Positions 1 through 8,931 are shown, counted from the first letter of the stretch. The stretch is 49,375 nt of DNA from a virus (IMGVR_UViG_3300020458_000005:1-49375); one strand, 5' to 3'. The notes: generated by a model from the sequence alone, not told the origin. Numbers and translations are program-made.

Positions 1-22
1 GGGTCTCCTGCCGCCGAGATCC

Positions 23-113
23 GGAGAGGTGTCCGAGTGGCTGAAGGAGCACGCCTGGAAAGTGTGTATACGTTAATCGCGTATCGAGGGTTCGAATCCC
101 TCTCTCTCCGCCA
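23..113 (+). tRNA. tRNA-Ser(GGA), integration target of the prophage
   Basis: Acceptor stem GGAGAGG/TCTCTCC, anticodon arm CACGC-CTGGAAA-GTGTG (GGA at 57-59), long variable arm, T-arm GAGGG-TTCGAAT-CCCTC, encoded CCA at 111-113. Confidence 0.97.
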
Positions 114-117
114 GACA
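85..117 (+). repeat. attL core (33 bp, tRNA 3' end)
   Basis: CGAGGGTTCGAATCCCTCTCTCTCCGCCAGACA, identical to 49023-49055. Confidence 0.95.
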
Positions 118-128
118 TGGCGACAGCC

Positions 129-165
129 AAACCCCTGATTACGTTAAGGTTTTCAGGGGTTTTTT
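129..165 (+). terminator. Phage-supplied intrinsic terminator downstream of the tRNA (may also terminate int)
   Basis: AAACCCCTGA...TCAGGGGTTTTTT hairpin with T-tract. Confidence 0.7.
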
Positions 166-182
166 ATTGCCTGCGATTTGAG

Positions 183-203
183 TTAGGGCAAATTTAGGGC
201 AAA
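183..203. promoter_or_regulatory. Putative integrase arm-type sites (left arm)
   Basis: TTAGGGCAAA tandem direct repeat; near-identical TAGGACAAATTTAGGGCA at 48915-48932 inside attR. Confidence 0.65.
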
Positions 204-213
204 AACGGCACTT

Positions 214-1446
214 TCAGGACCCCTCAGCACCGCTCTGGTCACGAAACCCCATCATCTGCGAAACCATCCCCGCCATGCTCTTGGTGTCCTCGGGAATCCA
301 CCGGCCATAGTGTTTCTTCACCATGCCGGTATCGGTATGGCCAAGCTGCCTGGCGACCCACTCAATCGGCACGTAACTGGACAGCGCCTGACTGGCGAAC
401 GTGTGGCGGCATTGGTTCGGGCCGCGGTGCCGGACCTTCGCCCGTTTCAGGATGCTGGTAAACCACCGGTTAACGCTGGCCGGATTCCAAGGCATGCCGC
501 TGGATCCGTTGCGGAACACAAAGCGGATGGCCTCCTTCTTGCGCTTGACGTTGTCACGCTGAATGACCTCAACCGGCACCGGGGGCAGGAGGTACGTTGC
601 CTCCCTCTGGCGCTTCAGGTGTTCGATTGCCGGGTCGATCAGATCGATCTTTCGAACCCGGCTTTTCTCCTTGGGCACCTTGTATATCGTTTCCACCCGG
701 GCGCGCCTGACCATTGCGGTGCCGGCGTCCAGGTCGATGTCATCCCAGCCCAGCCCGATCAGCTCCGACAGGCTCAGGCCGGACCAGCACCAGAACATGA
801 TCATGTTGATATCGTGCACCCTGGTGGTTGATACCGCAGCGATTCGCGCAATCTCTTCGCGGCTGAACGGATCGGCTGAGTCGTCGCCATCGTCCTGCTC
901 GATGTTCTTGATGCGGTCCAGCGGGTTGCTGGTGATGATCCCGTCACTGAAGGCATTGCCCCACACGCCGCGGACCACAGTGAACACGTCGTTGACGGTC
1001 TTCGGCGCCAGGGTCTTGAGCAGCGCGGCCTGGAACAGCTCAAGGTCGCTCATGCTGATATCGACGATCCGACGCCGACCGAACTTCTCAATGACGTGCT
1101 TGGCTTTGTGGCCATAGTTACGGCTGGTGCTGGCCGCCTTCTTGGCTTTCATCACCTCCAGCCAGCGCTCAACGCCTTCCGCCACTGTGCGGTTCACCTG
1201 CTTGCCGCCACGGCCCGAGAAGATCAGGGCTCGCGGCGAATCAGGGAAGTGCGCCGCGTAGTCAAAGCGGCCTTCCTTTATCTCTGCCAGGATGGTGCGG
1301 CGCTTGTTGTCGGCATAAGCGATGCTGGCCTTGTTGACCTTGACGATGCCGGGCAGGGGTTCGCGGCACCGCTGGCCATTCAGCATGAAGCTGATACGCA
1401 GTTGCTTGCCGTTTATTTCCACGCCGCGCGGCATCTTCTCTGTCAC
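214..1446 (-). CDS. int: Tyrosine integrase with N-terminal arm-binding domain
   Basis: Next to attL; C-terminal QCRHTFAS...LGH...HY catalytic region. Confidence 0.95.
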   Translation of the reverse strand: MTEKMPRGVEINGKQLRISFMLNGQRCREPLPGIVKVNKASIAYADNKRRTILAEIKEGRFDYAAHFPDSPRALIFSGRGGKQVNRTVAEGVERWLEVMKAKKAASTSRNYGHKAKHVIEKFGRRRIVDISMSDLELFQAALLKTLAPKTVNDVFTVVRGVWGNAFSDGIITSNPLDRIKNIEQDDGDDSADPFSREEIARIAAVSTTRVHDINMIMFWCWSGLSLSELIGLGWDDIDLDAGTAMVRRARVETIYKVPKEKSRVRKIDLIDPAIEHLKRQREATYLLPPVPVEVIQRDNVKRKKEAIRFVFRNGSSGMPWNPASVNRWFTSILKRAKVRHRGPNQCRHTFASQALSSYVPIEWVARQLGHTDTGMVKKHYGRWIPEDTKSMAGMVSQMMGFRDQSGAEGS

Positions 1447-1658
1447 ACCGAACCTCCCAGCCAGTCTTGAATGGCATCACGGTTGTAGACGATACGGTTG
1501 GCGGGGTCTTTGCGCCAGTGCTTGCCCTCCAGCCACTTGCCTTCTGCGCGGTACTTCTTGGCCGCGTCGGGCGTGATGCCGAACACCGGTACCAGCAGTT
1601 CCTGACGGAACCAGGCGCCGGGCGTGATGTGGTACTCGATCTTTTCTGCTGCACCCAT
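1443..1658 (-). CDS. xis: Excisionase (Xis/RDF-like)
   Basis: 71 aa, overlaps the int start; WLEGKHWRK...IVYNRDAIQDW signature of phage excisionases. Confidence 0.8.
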   Translation of the reverse strand: MGAAEKIEYHITPGAWFRQELLVPVFGITPDAAKKYRAEGKWLEGKHWRKDPANRIVYNRDAIQDWLGGSV

Positions 1659-1693
1659 GTGTCATGCCTCCCGGCTCAGTCGATAATTGACGC

Positions 1694-2464
1694 TCATGCC
1701 GCATCCTCTGAAAAGCAGCCGCAACCCTCTGCATCGAACATGGGCAGCTCCATCGTTCCGCGTTCAAGCTGTTCTCTGAACTCGCTCAAGGTCAGGTATT
1801 CTTGAAGCCCGAATTCTGACTGGCGCAGGAACGCTTTCGCGGTGGGGCCGATGAGCGCCATGGCCTTGTCCATTTCCTTGGCATGGAATGCGAACCGCTT
1901 TGGCATCAGCCGGTACAGTCGCTCGAACTGAACGAGTCCGGCCTTGCAGCAGAACCCGCCGCAGTTGTTGTGGCTGAAGCCCATCCCGTACAGGCGCGGC
2001 TTGCGAATGCCGTAACGGTTTAATATCAGGTCGTACTCCGGACGCTCGATGCTGAACTGATTAAGCAGCGAAACAACAGGACGAGGCGCCCAGTTCTTTT
2101 GCGCCCTCTCAATGCGGTCCATTTCCGACCAGTCCATACCCAGCACAAGCGGGTCCATTGCGTCGGCGTTCTCTGCCAGCCATGCCATCACCGGCTTGGT
2201 CTTGAGCTCGGTCGAACAGTGAGCCGTCCGGGTGTTGCCGATCCACCGGCTATCAACGAACACTTCCCAGGGGGTGCGACCTTCCTTTAAGTGGATGATG
2301 GTCTTGCCCGTAGCTCGCGCAATATCGTCATTGAAGCGGTATAGATCCTCGTCTTCGATGAGCGTGTCAGCAAATATCAGGTTGAAGTCGAGCCCCTTGT
2401 CGTGCGCTACCAGTGCAGACACTCCAGAGCCGAGACCTCCGCTGAAGCTGATTTGATACGTCAT
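1694..2464 (-). CDS. PP-loop (PAPS reductase/adenine nucleotide alpha-hydrolase-like) protein
   Basis: N-terminal ISFSGGLGS PP-loop; HNNCGGFCCKAG and C-terminal GCGC Cys motifs. Confidence 0.7.
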   Translation of the reverse strand: MTYQISFSGGLGSGVSALVAHDKGLDFNLIFADTLIEDEDLYRFNDDIARATGKTIIHLKEGRTPWEVFVDSRWIGNTRTAHCSTELKTKPVMAWLAENADAMDPLVLGMDWSEMDRIERAQKNWAPRPVVSLLNQFSIERPEYDLILNRYGIRKPRLYGMGFSHNNCGGFCCKAGLVQFERLYRLMPKRFAFHAKEMDKAMALIGPTAKAFLRQSEFGLQEYLTLSEFREQLERGTMELPMFDAEGCGCFSEDAA

Positions 2465-2491
2465 TGCTATGCCTCCCGGCGTGTAGGGTGG

Positions 2492-2878
2492 TTACTGGAA
2501 TCGCATCTGGACGCCCGGGCCCAGCTGGATCACGTTCGGATCCTTGCCGATCACCTCCTGAATCAGTCGATAGGTATCTGGCGCGCGCAGCTGCTTCGAC
2601 CAGTTGAGCCCAGCCTCTTCAAGGAACATCGCCTCAATCTCGCCCCAGCGCTCAATCAGCCGCCCCCATACCTCGCTCAGCGCGGCAATCTTGTCGAACT
2701 GCTGGCGCACCTCTGGCACCTGCTCGAGCATCAGCAGGCAGCGATTCAGGTCGTCGGGGTCAAGCGGATACGACGTGTTTCCCTGCATTCCGCACGCAGC
2801 GAGCGCCATTGCCTTCGAGCTGGATCCAACTCTGCCGGTGGCAATCCAGTTCAGAACCTTCTTTTCGATGTCAGACAC
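2492..2878 (-). CDS. Conserved hypothetical phage protein
   Basis: GTG start at 2878 with GGAG RBS; G-SS-AM and YPLDPDDLNRC motifs. Confidence 0.7.
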   Translation of the reverse strand: MSDIEKKVLNWIATGRVGSSSKAMALAACGMQGNTSYPLDPDDLNRCLLMLEQVPEVRQQFDKIAALSEVWGRLIERWGEIEAMFLEEAGLNWSKQLRAPDTYRLIQEVIGKDPNVIQLGPGVQMRFQ

Positions 2879-2967
2879 AATACTTCTCCCTCCGGCGGTG
2901 CCGGATACTTGAAAGTGGGGTAGGGATAGCCCGATAGGGGTAATCGGGCGGATATAGCGGGGTGGGG

Positions 2968-3123
2968 TTATTGCTGGCGCGGCTCGTGCCACTCGCACTT
3001 GACGATGATCGTGCCGTCCTGGTCCTTGCCTATGGGTCGCATCTGGGCGAAGGGCAGGGCAGAGCAATCACGTTCGCGGCGGATGCAGCCGGCGCACATG
3101 CGGCCTTTGGGGCGGTGGGTCAT
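2968..3123 (-). CDS. Small Cys-containing hypothetical protein
   Basis: MTHRPKGRMCAGC...; ATGA overlap with the upstream gene. Confidence 0.6.
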   Translation of the reverse strand: MTHRPKGRMCAGCIRRERDCSALPFAQMRPIGKDQDGTIIVKCEWHEPRQQ

Positions 3124-3398
3124 GTGGCCGCTCCTGCGAACAGCTGCTTTTGTACCGGTGGCGGCGATACAGGCGCGAACCCTGTCCGAAACCAGTCCGG
3201 CCCGCCGATCCACAGGGTGACGACTATCCGGAACAGGCGCCGTCCGTGCCGCAGGGTTAGCGCCACCGACCCATCAAGCTGCTCCCGCTTCGCCACCGTC
3301 CAGCGCCTGCCTTTCCTTTCGAGTGCCGCGCCGGGGAGCGTGTACTGCATGGCTTCTTCGCACCGCCGGCGCATTTGCTGTGCGGCTGATACGCTCAC
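3120..3398 (-). CDS. Hypothetical protein
   Basis: 4-bp overlaps with both neighbours. Confidence 0.55.
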   Translation of the reverse strand: MSVSAAQQMRRRCEEAMQYTLPGAALERKGRRWTVAKREQLDGSVALTLRHGRRLFRIVVTLWIGGPDWFRTGFAPVSPPPVQKQLFAGAAT

Positions 3399-3613
3399 GC
3401 CTCACCCTCCTTGCCCAGATACTCCAGGCACCAGGTGGGGTGGAATGGCATCGTGTGATTGTGGCCGTCCAGCTGGATATTTAGGCGGCAGTCTCGCGCA
3501 CTGCGGATCGTTCCGAGTTCGCGCTTGCCGCTGCCGGTGTACGCCACCCGCCCGCCACGCTTAGCCGGTACGCCGTACCACTTCCGGGTTCGCTCCATGT
3601 TTCCGGCCATCAT
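3395..3613 (-). CDS. Hypothetical phage protein
   Basis: YGVPAKRGGRV...FHPTW motif; coupled overlaps. Confidence 0.65.
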   Translation of the reverse strand: MMAGNMERTRKWYGVPAKRGGRVAYTGSGKRELGTIRSARDCRLNIQLDGHNHTMPFHPTWCLEYLGKEGEA

Positions 3614-3741
3614 TCGTCCTCCCAGTCCTGATTGTCAGCGCTTTCGTATGTCCCGCTACCGTCGCACTGCGGGCACGGCAACAGATGGTCGGTGTATGGG
3701 TCCATGCCGTCTCCGTGGCAAACATCGCACTCGTCTTCCAT
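3610..3741 (-). CDS. 43-aa DnaJ-type zinc-finger mini-protein (not in ORF track)
   Basis: MEDECDVCHGDGMDPYTDHLLPCPQCDGSGTY...: two CxxCxGxG repeats; TAATG and ATGA overlaps at the ends. Confidence 0.7.
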   Translation of the reverse strand: MEDECDVCHGDGMDPYTDHLLPCPQCDGSGTYESADNQDWEDE

Positions 3742-4169
3742 TACTCACCCTCCTTGCCCTGCTGGGCTAGGGCTGTCTCTGCGATGCGTATCGCCTGGCG
3801 CTCAAGCGGCGTTGTTGCTCTGTGGTGCAGCATCCCGACAACCGTGCGCAGCGATAGCACCAGCTCCGCTATCCGCGATTTTGCTGAATTGAGGTCGTCA
3901 CAGGCATTCTTTGAGAGCTGTCCAGCGCTGTCGAAAAGCCGATGCCACTCGTCGCGCTCTTTCTCCAGCTCCGCTATCCGCGCCTTGTCTGCTGCGCGGG
4001 CGCCTTGCAACCTTTCCGTCTCAGCTTGCAACCTTTCGTGGTCTGCCAAGCGGATGAGTGGCGCTACCTGCTCGCCATCGTCCATAAGCTGTTCAGCATA
4101 TGCGCGGTCAACGCATGCGTGGCGACCTCTGTGTTCCCACATATACGCCACCACTTCCGGCTTACTCAT
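3741..4169 (-). CDS. Ea/Ead-like coiled-coil early protein
   Basis: MSKPEVVAY start with GGAG RBS; RIAELE coiled-coil motifs. Confidence 0.6.
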   Translation of the reverse strand: MSKPEVVAYMWEHRGRHACVDRAYAEQLMDDGEQVAPLIRLADHERLQAETERLQGARAADKARIAELEKERDEWHRLFDSAGQLSKNACDDLNSAKSRIAELVLSLRTVVGMLHHRATTPLERQAIRIAETALAQQGKEGE

Positions 4170-4410
4170 GGGGCTGCTCCTCGGCGAAAAGCTCTGGGTG
4201 GAGTTGCCGAGCAGGTCCGGCAAGCCAAGGGCGACGAATAACGATCTCGATGCCAAAAACCTCTATACGCACAGCGTTTGCAAACCGCATCTTCGCTACT
4301 TTTCTCCGACGCGGGTCGAACCCGCGAAGGCTAACTGACAGCAATGCGCTTTTCGGTAGCTTTGGATGGCGGACACAAGCGTCGTGAGGCAGATCATGGA
4401 TATTTATCAC
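4162..4410 (-). CDS. Hypothetical protein
   Basis: 82-aa ORF coupled to its neighbours. Confidence 0.55.
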   Translation of the reverse strand: MINIHDLPHDACVRHPKLPKSALLSVSLRGFDPRRRKVAKMRFANAVRIEVFGIEIVIRRPWLAGPARQLHPELFAEEQPHE

Positions 4411-5132
4411 TTCGCACCTCCGCTCTGGTGGGCGGCGAGAACAGCTCTGGCCTTTGTCTCGGCATTTCGGAACGCCTTTAGGCGGTCAAATACTCCTGCC
4501 GTGACGTTTTCCGACTGCTCCATATCCACCCAGCGGACAAACAGCTGTAGCGCCTCAACCAGCCCCACCACATCCTGCGCGGCAGTTGGTGCGGGTTGTG
4601 GGGTGGTGTAGAGCTTGTTGCCCTGCAACGCCGCAATCAGTGCGAAGCGAAAAACATCCTTCGGGCATGCCTGAAGCATCCATTGCTTGTCCGCCACCTC
4701 GTACGCTCGGCGCAGATCAAGGCTTTCGGTAGTCACCGACTCCTGCTCCACCCGATCAACAGGCGCAGAGCCATACCGATCAGCAGTGCACGCCATCAGA
4801 TCGGGATAGCCGCCCGGCTTGCCCATTCGGTGCATTCCATTCTCTGCCGGTATTCCCGCTTGGCATCCGTCGCACTGGTTGCGATCAACAGGCGCAGTGG
4901 CGGCGGCCAAGTATTCCCGTAAGTAGTTGGCGCTATCCATATTCGAAGTGGCCTCGCTGTGCCCGCAAACGGGGCAGTTCGATTCCTCGGAATCAAAGCG
5001 CTCCATGAGGTAAAGCAGCGCGTCTCTGTCACTCGGCACCGATACCCGCCCGCGCAGATCTGCCAGCTCAGCCTCAAGCGCCGCAACCTTGGCCAGAGCA
5101 TCGCCACGGCTCATCTGTTCTTTGTCAGTCAT
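4407..5132 (-). CDS. Mosaic Ead/Ea22-like early protein with Cys motifs
   Basis: CPVC and CDGC motifs; LYTTPQPAP segment typical of lambdoid Ea proteins. Confidence 0.6.
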   Translation of the reverse strand: MTDKEQMSRGDALAKVAALEAELADLRGRVSVPSDRDALLYLMERFDSEESNCPVCGHSEATSNMDSANYLREYLAAATAPVDRNQCDGCQAGIPAENGMHRMGKPGGYPDLMACTADRYGSAPVDRVEQESVTTESLDLRRAYEVADKQWMLQACPKDVFRFALIAALQGNKLYTTPQPAPTAAQDVVGLVEALQLFVRWVDMEQSENVTAGVFDRLKAFRNAETKARAVLAAHQSGGAK

Positions 5133-5380
5133 GCCGCCTCCGGGTGCTTGCTCAGGATGCCGTTGATTAGCTCAACCAGCTCGTCCGACTCGTCGCCGTC
5201 AACGATGCGGCGCAGACACTCAACCGCCTCATGCTTGGCCTGAGTCTCTGCAAGCAGTGCCGCTTCCAGCTCTGCTACCTGCTCCCGCAGCAGATCGGCA
5301 TTCAGCAGCGCGGTATCAATCGCGCATTCAATGCGCTGCTGCTCAGTTTGCGGGACGACCTCATGCTGCTTAGTTTTCAT
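5129..5380 (-). CDS. Hypothetical coiled-coil protein
   Basis: MKTKQHEVV start with GAGG RBS; coupled. Confidence 0.55.
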   Translation of the reverse strand: MKTKQHEVVPQTEQQRIECAIDTALLNADLLREQVAELEAALLAETQAKHEAVECLRRIVDGDESDELVELINGILSKHPEAA

Positions 5381-5582
5381 TGCTCTGCACCTCATCTTCT
5401 GGATAGCGCCGCATGCCGCGGACGCCGGACTGTGAGTCGATAGCCATCTGCCGGAGCTGACGAGCCATTACCAGCAGGTCAGTTGGCGTCATCTGGGCAT
5501 CAAGCCCCGGCAGGCCGTTTACTACGGCAACAGGCTGCCCGTTGCGCCCGGCGATGTGCTGGGCTGTGAGTTGGGTGGTCAT
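5370..5582 (-). CDS. Hypothetical protein
   Basis: MTTQLTAQ start overlaps the MTase stop (ATGA). Confidence 0.6.
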   Translation of the reverse strand: MTTQLTAQHIAGRNGQPVAVVNGLPGLDAQMTPTDLLVMARQLRQMAIDSQSGVRGMRRYPEDEVQSNEN

Positions 5583-7435
5583 GCTGCTGATACCTCTTGG
5601 CTGGCGGCCGCCCACGGGTTGTTGGCTGAAGCGATCGCCGCCATCGTGCCGGGGCTTACGCTGTTGCCACACATGTGGACCTGCTCAGACTTGGTGAAAG
5701 GGCGGCCATCGTGGCCACGGTCGATGATGTAGCTGTCTGGAAAACCCTGGGCTCGGTACAGCTCGCGCGGCTTCAGCATGCGCAGTCGAATATCGACGAT
5801 CACGTAGGGGTCGCCGCTGATCCAGACGGTTACCAGGGCTAGCCGGTCTTTGGTGGTGACAGTGTCGAGCGGCGCGGTCACATCCCGGGCATCACCGTTG
5901 CCGTAGTAGTTAACGAGGAACGCGGCGCAGCGGAGGGCGCCCGCCTCCAGCTCTGGAGACAGTACGCACTCAACCAGGGCTGACTTGCCACCGCCGCCAG
6001 CGGTAACAGTTGGCGCGGGCTGATCTGCCGCCTGGCCAACACTGTTGCCGAACTGGCGTGATAGGAAGGCAGTGACCAACCCGTGGTGCTGCCCGCCGGC
6101 GCGCACTGTGCGCAGAGGGTCATCAATCGCTCGGGCATCACAGTTCTGGCTAAGCTGCACAAGGTTGGCCGTGACCAGCTGCTGCTGGCTGCCCTTGTTG
6201 GTTACCGTGCTCACCGGTGCATCAGCAGCGCGGCTTTGCATGGTGTTGAATCCGCCATTGGCTTGGGCGAGAAAGGCAGTTGCAACAGACTGCCCGCCGC
6301 TACCGCCCGCGGTAACCGTGCCTAATGGCGCCTCAACGGACTTGAAGCCTTTGCCCCAGCGCTGCACGCCTCCTGGCTTTCCCTCGCCATGCGCGGCGCT
6401 AACCAATACTGGGCTGGCTACCGCAAACGATCCGCCCCGGGGCCAAGCCGTTACCGTATTCAGCGGCTTGTCGACCGGGTGAATCGTTTCGCTCGACCAG
6501 TTGGCGATTGGCACAATGAACGGCTGCTGGCGCTCGAGCACTTCGCGCACGATGCCCTTGGCGATCCGGCGGTGCGTTGCATCTGCCAGCGGCTTGGCGC
6601 GCTCGAATATCGATTTACCGAGGTCCGCCCAGTCGATGCACTCAGCAGCTGTGCGCCACTTCTTCTGGCCTTTGGCCGGCTTCTCGGCGTGAGTGGGTAT
6701 CGGCTGTGCCGGTGCTATCCCGTCGCAGCGGGCCACCAAGTACAGCCGCTCGCGGATGGTCGGGTCGCCATAGCTGCAGTTCTTCAGCACCCAGTGATCG
6801 ACTTGGTAGCCAAGCCCTTCGAGTGTCCGCAAGAATTTGCGCCAGGTAGTGCCGCGGCGCTTCGGGTCAGGCACCAGGTACTGCTCTTCGCGCGGCACCC
6901 GCTCACCCTTGGCGGCGACCGTGCCATCCAGGCGCACGACTCGGCCGGTTTTCTTGCAGCGCTTGGCAACCAGCGGGCCCCATGAGCGGATCTGCTTGAC
7001 GTTCTCCAGGCTGAACACCCGAACCGGCGTGCCGACACTGCGCAGCCGCCCAAGCCACTTGATCACCACCCACGACAGATCGCGAATCTCTTTCTTGCGC
7101 GGCTGGCCGCCAGCAGCTTGGCTGTGGTGGGTGCAATCAGGGCTCGCGTGCAGCCAGCCAACCTTGCGACCGTTGACCGCCTCGGCGGGGTCAACCGTCC
7201 AAACATCGCTCTGGTAGTGCGCCGTGGCCGGGTGATTGGCTTCGTGCATGCTGATCGCCCGTGGGTTGTGGTTGATCGCGATAGCAATGGTCCGATTCAG
7301 GCCAATCTCCAGCCCGGTGCTGGCGCCACCACCACCCGCAAACAGGTCAATGATGATCTCACTGTCCTGGGCGCTGAACGGCAGGCAATACTGTGTCTTG
7401 AAGTCCAGCGATGCTGGCTTCTTCAGTGATGTCAT
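5579..7435 (-). CDS. Orphan DNA (cytosine-5) methyltransferase with long repetitive insertion
   Basis: Motif I DLFAGGGG, motif IV SPDC, motif VI ENV, RERLY, C-terminal RAQGFP and GNSV. Confidence 0.92.
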   Translation of the reverse strand: MTSLKKPASLDFKTQYCLPFSAQDSEIIIDLFAGGGGASTGLEIGLNRTIAIAINHNPRAISMHEANHPATAHYQSDVWTVDPAEAVNGRKVGWLHASPDCTHHSQAAGGQPRKKEIRDLSWVVIKWLGRLRSVGTPVRVFSLENVKQIRSWGPLVAKRCKKTGRVVRLDGTVAAKGERVPREEQYLVPDPKRRGTTWRKFLRTLEGLGYQVDHWVLKNCSYGDPTIRERLYLVARCDGIAPAQPIPTHAEKPAKGQKKWRTAAECIDWADLGKSIFERAKPLADATHRRIAKGIVREVLERQQPFIVPIANWSSETIHPVDKPLNTVTAWPRGGSFAVASPVLVSAAHGEGKPGGVQRWGKGFKSVEAPLGTVTAGGSGGQSVATAFLAQANGGFNTMQSRAADAPVSTVTNKGSQQQLVTANLVQLSQNCDARAIDDPLRTVRAGGQHHGLVTAFLSRQFGNSVGQAADQPAPTVTAGGGGKSALVECVLSPELEAGALRCAAFLVNYYGNGDARDVTAPLDTVTTKDRLALVTVWISGDPYVIVDIRLRMLKPRELYRAQGFPDSYIIDRGHDGRPFTKSEQVHMCGNSVSPGTMAAIASANNPWAAASQEVSAA

Positions 7436-7525
7436 GTGGGTTACCTCGGGGAAGGGCGGTTAGGCTGTGGATGCTGCTGGAGGCTTGAGGCGGGCATTCA
7501 TGGCTTACCTCTGGCCGGACGGCCG

Positions 7526-7786
7526 TTAATGCGTGCTGGCGCTCCAACCTGCGCTGGTGACGATGTTGCCGTGGGTGGCAATCATGTTCTGGAATAGAGC
7601 GTCCATTACGGGGATCAGGGTTCTGGCGGTTTCGCGCACGCGAGTGCTGTGCACGAACTTTTCACCGCTGGGCAGGACAAGCCACGCTTGCGCTCGCCAC
7701 CAGGTAGGGCGCTTCGGGGCGCTGCCGCGCTCAACCGGTCTACCGCCTCCGGCTGCATTCAGGATGTAGGTGACTGTGCAGCTCAT
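7526..7786 (-). CDS. Hypothetical protein
   Basis: 86-aa ORF with ATGA overlap. Confidence 0.55.
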   Translation of the reverse strand: MSCTVTYILNAAGGGRPVERGSAPKRPTWWRAQAWLVLPSGEKFVHSTRVRETARTLIPVMDALFQNMIATHGNIVTSAGWSASTH

Positions 7787-8298
7787 GGCTGGCGACCAAA
7801 CTGCACGCCGTACTTCTTGGCCCAGTAACCCACGGTTCCGCGCGGAACGCCTATCCAGCGCGCAGCATCTGCCACACTGGCGCCGCCTGCGGCCTGGGCG
7901 CGCATTTCGCGCAGCTGCTCAGGGGTGGGGCCGACGTGGGTGTGCCGGTGACCGGGCGCGACCTTCAGGTCAATGCCATTCTCTCCGGCTGCCTTGCGCA
8001 CCAAGCCGGTTGAGACACCGAACTTCTCCGCCAGCTGATTGGCTGAAAGCTCTCCGGCGTATGGCTTGATCTTCTCAGCCAGCTTGTCGCGCTCGGCTCG
8101 GCGTTTTTTGGCTTTGGCCTCGACGGCTGCAGCCATGCTGGCGTGTAGCTCTTCTACCGACCTTGCAGGCGGGCGCCGTGCGGGCTTCTCTTCTGCTGGC
8201 GCCGGCTTCTCGCCGCGCTCAAATGCTGCGCGGGCCTTGTCGATCATGGCCTGGGCCGCCAAGCGACTGGCCGGGATGTTCTGTTCGAGTAGCATCAC
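7783..8298 (-). CDS. HTH DNA-binding protein (two HTH-like motifs)
   Basis: SANQLAEKFGVSTGLVRK and SVADAARWIGVPRGTVGYW. Confidence 0.65.
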   Translation of the reverse strand: MMLLEQNIPASRLAAQAMIDKARAAFERGEKPAPAEEKPARRPPARSVEELHASMAAAVEAKAKKRRAERDKLAEKIKPYAGELSANQLAEKFGVSTGLVRKAAGENGIDLKVAPGHRHTHVGPTPEQLREMRAQAAGGASVADAARWIGVPRGTVGYWAKKYGVQFGRQP

Positions 8299-8648
8299 CA
8301 GCCCCCTTGCAGAATGCTGACGTTTGTACCGGTATGGATGTAGTGCAGGTCTTCGATCTTGAACTGCTCATCAACGGTGAACAGGGGGTTGCAGGCCGGG
8401 CAGTGACCCGCCACCTCAATCGAGTGGCTCGCGATGTTGTACTGCCCATAGTCTCGGGAGCAGGACGGGCATTTCACCAGCTGCTCGCAGCAGGACTTAG
8501 CGGCCATCTTGTCGGAGCCGTGAAGCTTTCCACACTCGCCGCACTCGTACACCTCCCAAACCTCGGGCTGGCAGCATTCGCGGGCATCATCCTCGTCTTT
8601 GTGGATTTCGTTGCAATGGCTGCACTGATAACGGGTTTTGCATTCCAT
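8295..8648 (-). CDS. Cys-rich multi-zinc-finger protein
   Basis: Four CxxC pairs plus two CC pairs in 117 aa. Confidence 0.7.
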   Translation of the reverse strand: MECKTRYQCSHCNEIHKDEDDARECCQPEVWEVYECGECGKLHGSDKMAAKSCCEQLVKCPSCSRDYGQYNIASHSIEVAGHCPACNPLFTVDEQFKIEDLHYIHTGTNVSILQGGW

Positions 8649-8679
8649 TTTTCAGTCTCCGTGACATGCCGCCGTGACT

Positions 8680-8928
8680 TTACGGCTCCGCAACAAACTT
8701 GCGCAGGGCAGCGTCATCCAGGCGGTCGGCGTTATGGATTAAACGGGTCAGCAGGTCGTGCACCTCGTCGATGCCGGTGACCTGCTGGATGCGCTCAAGC
8801 CGTTCTGCTGTGCCTTTGAACACCTCGAGCTTGAGGCTGTAGGCCAGCAGGCGGGCGTGGCGCTCTTCTGCCTTGAGCTTTTCCCGCGCCCGCTGCTCCC
8901 GCTTGCGCTCTGTGGCTGACTTGGCCAT
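8680..8928 (-). CDS. Hypothetical protein with Arg-rich N-terminus
   Basis: MAKSATERKREQRAREK. Confidence 0.65.
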   Translation of the reverse strand: MAKSATERKREQRAREKLKAEERHARLLAYSLKLEVFKGTAERLERIQQVTGIDEVHDLLTRLIHNADRLDDAALRKFVAEP

Positions 8929-8931
8929 GGG

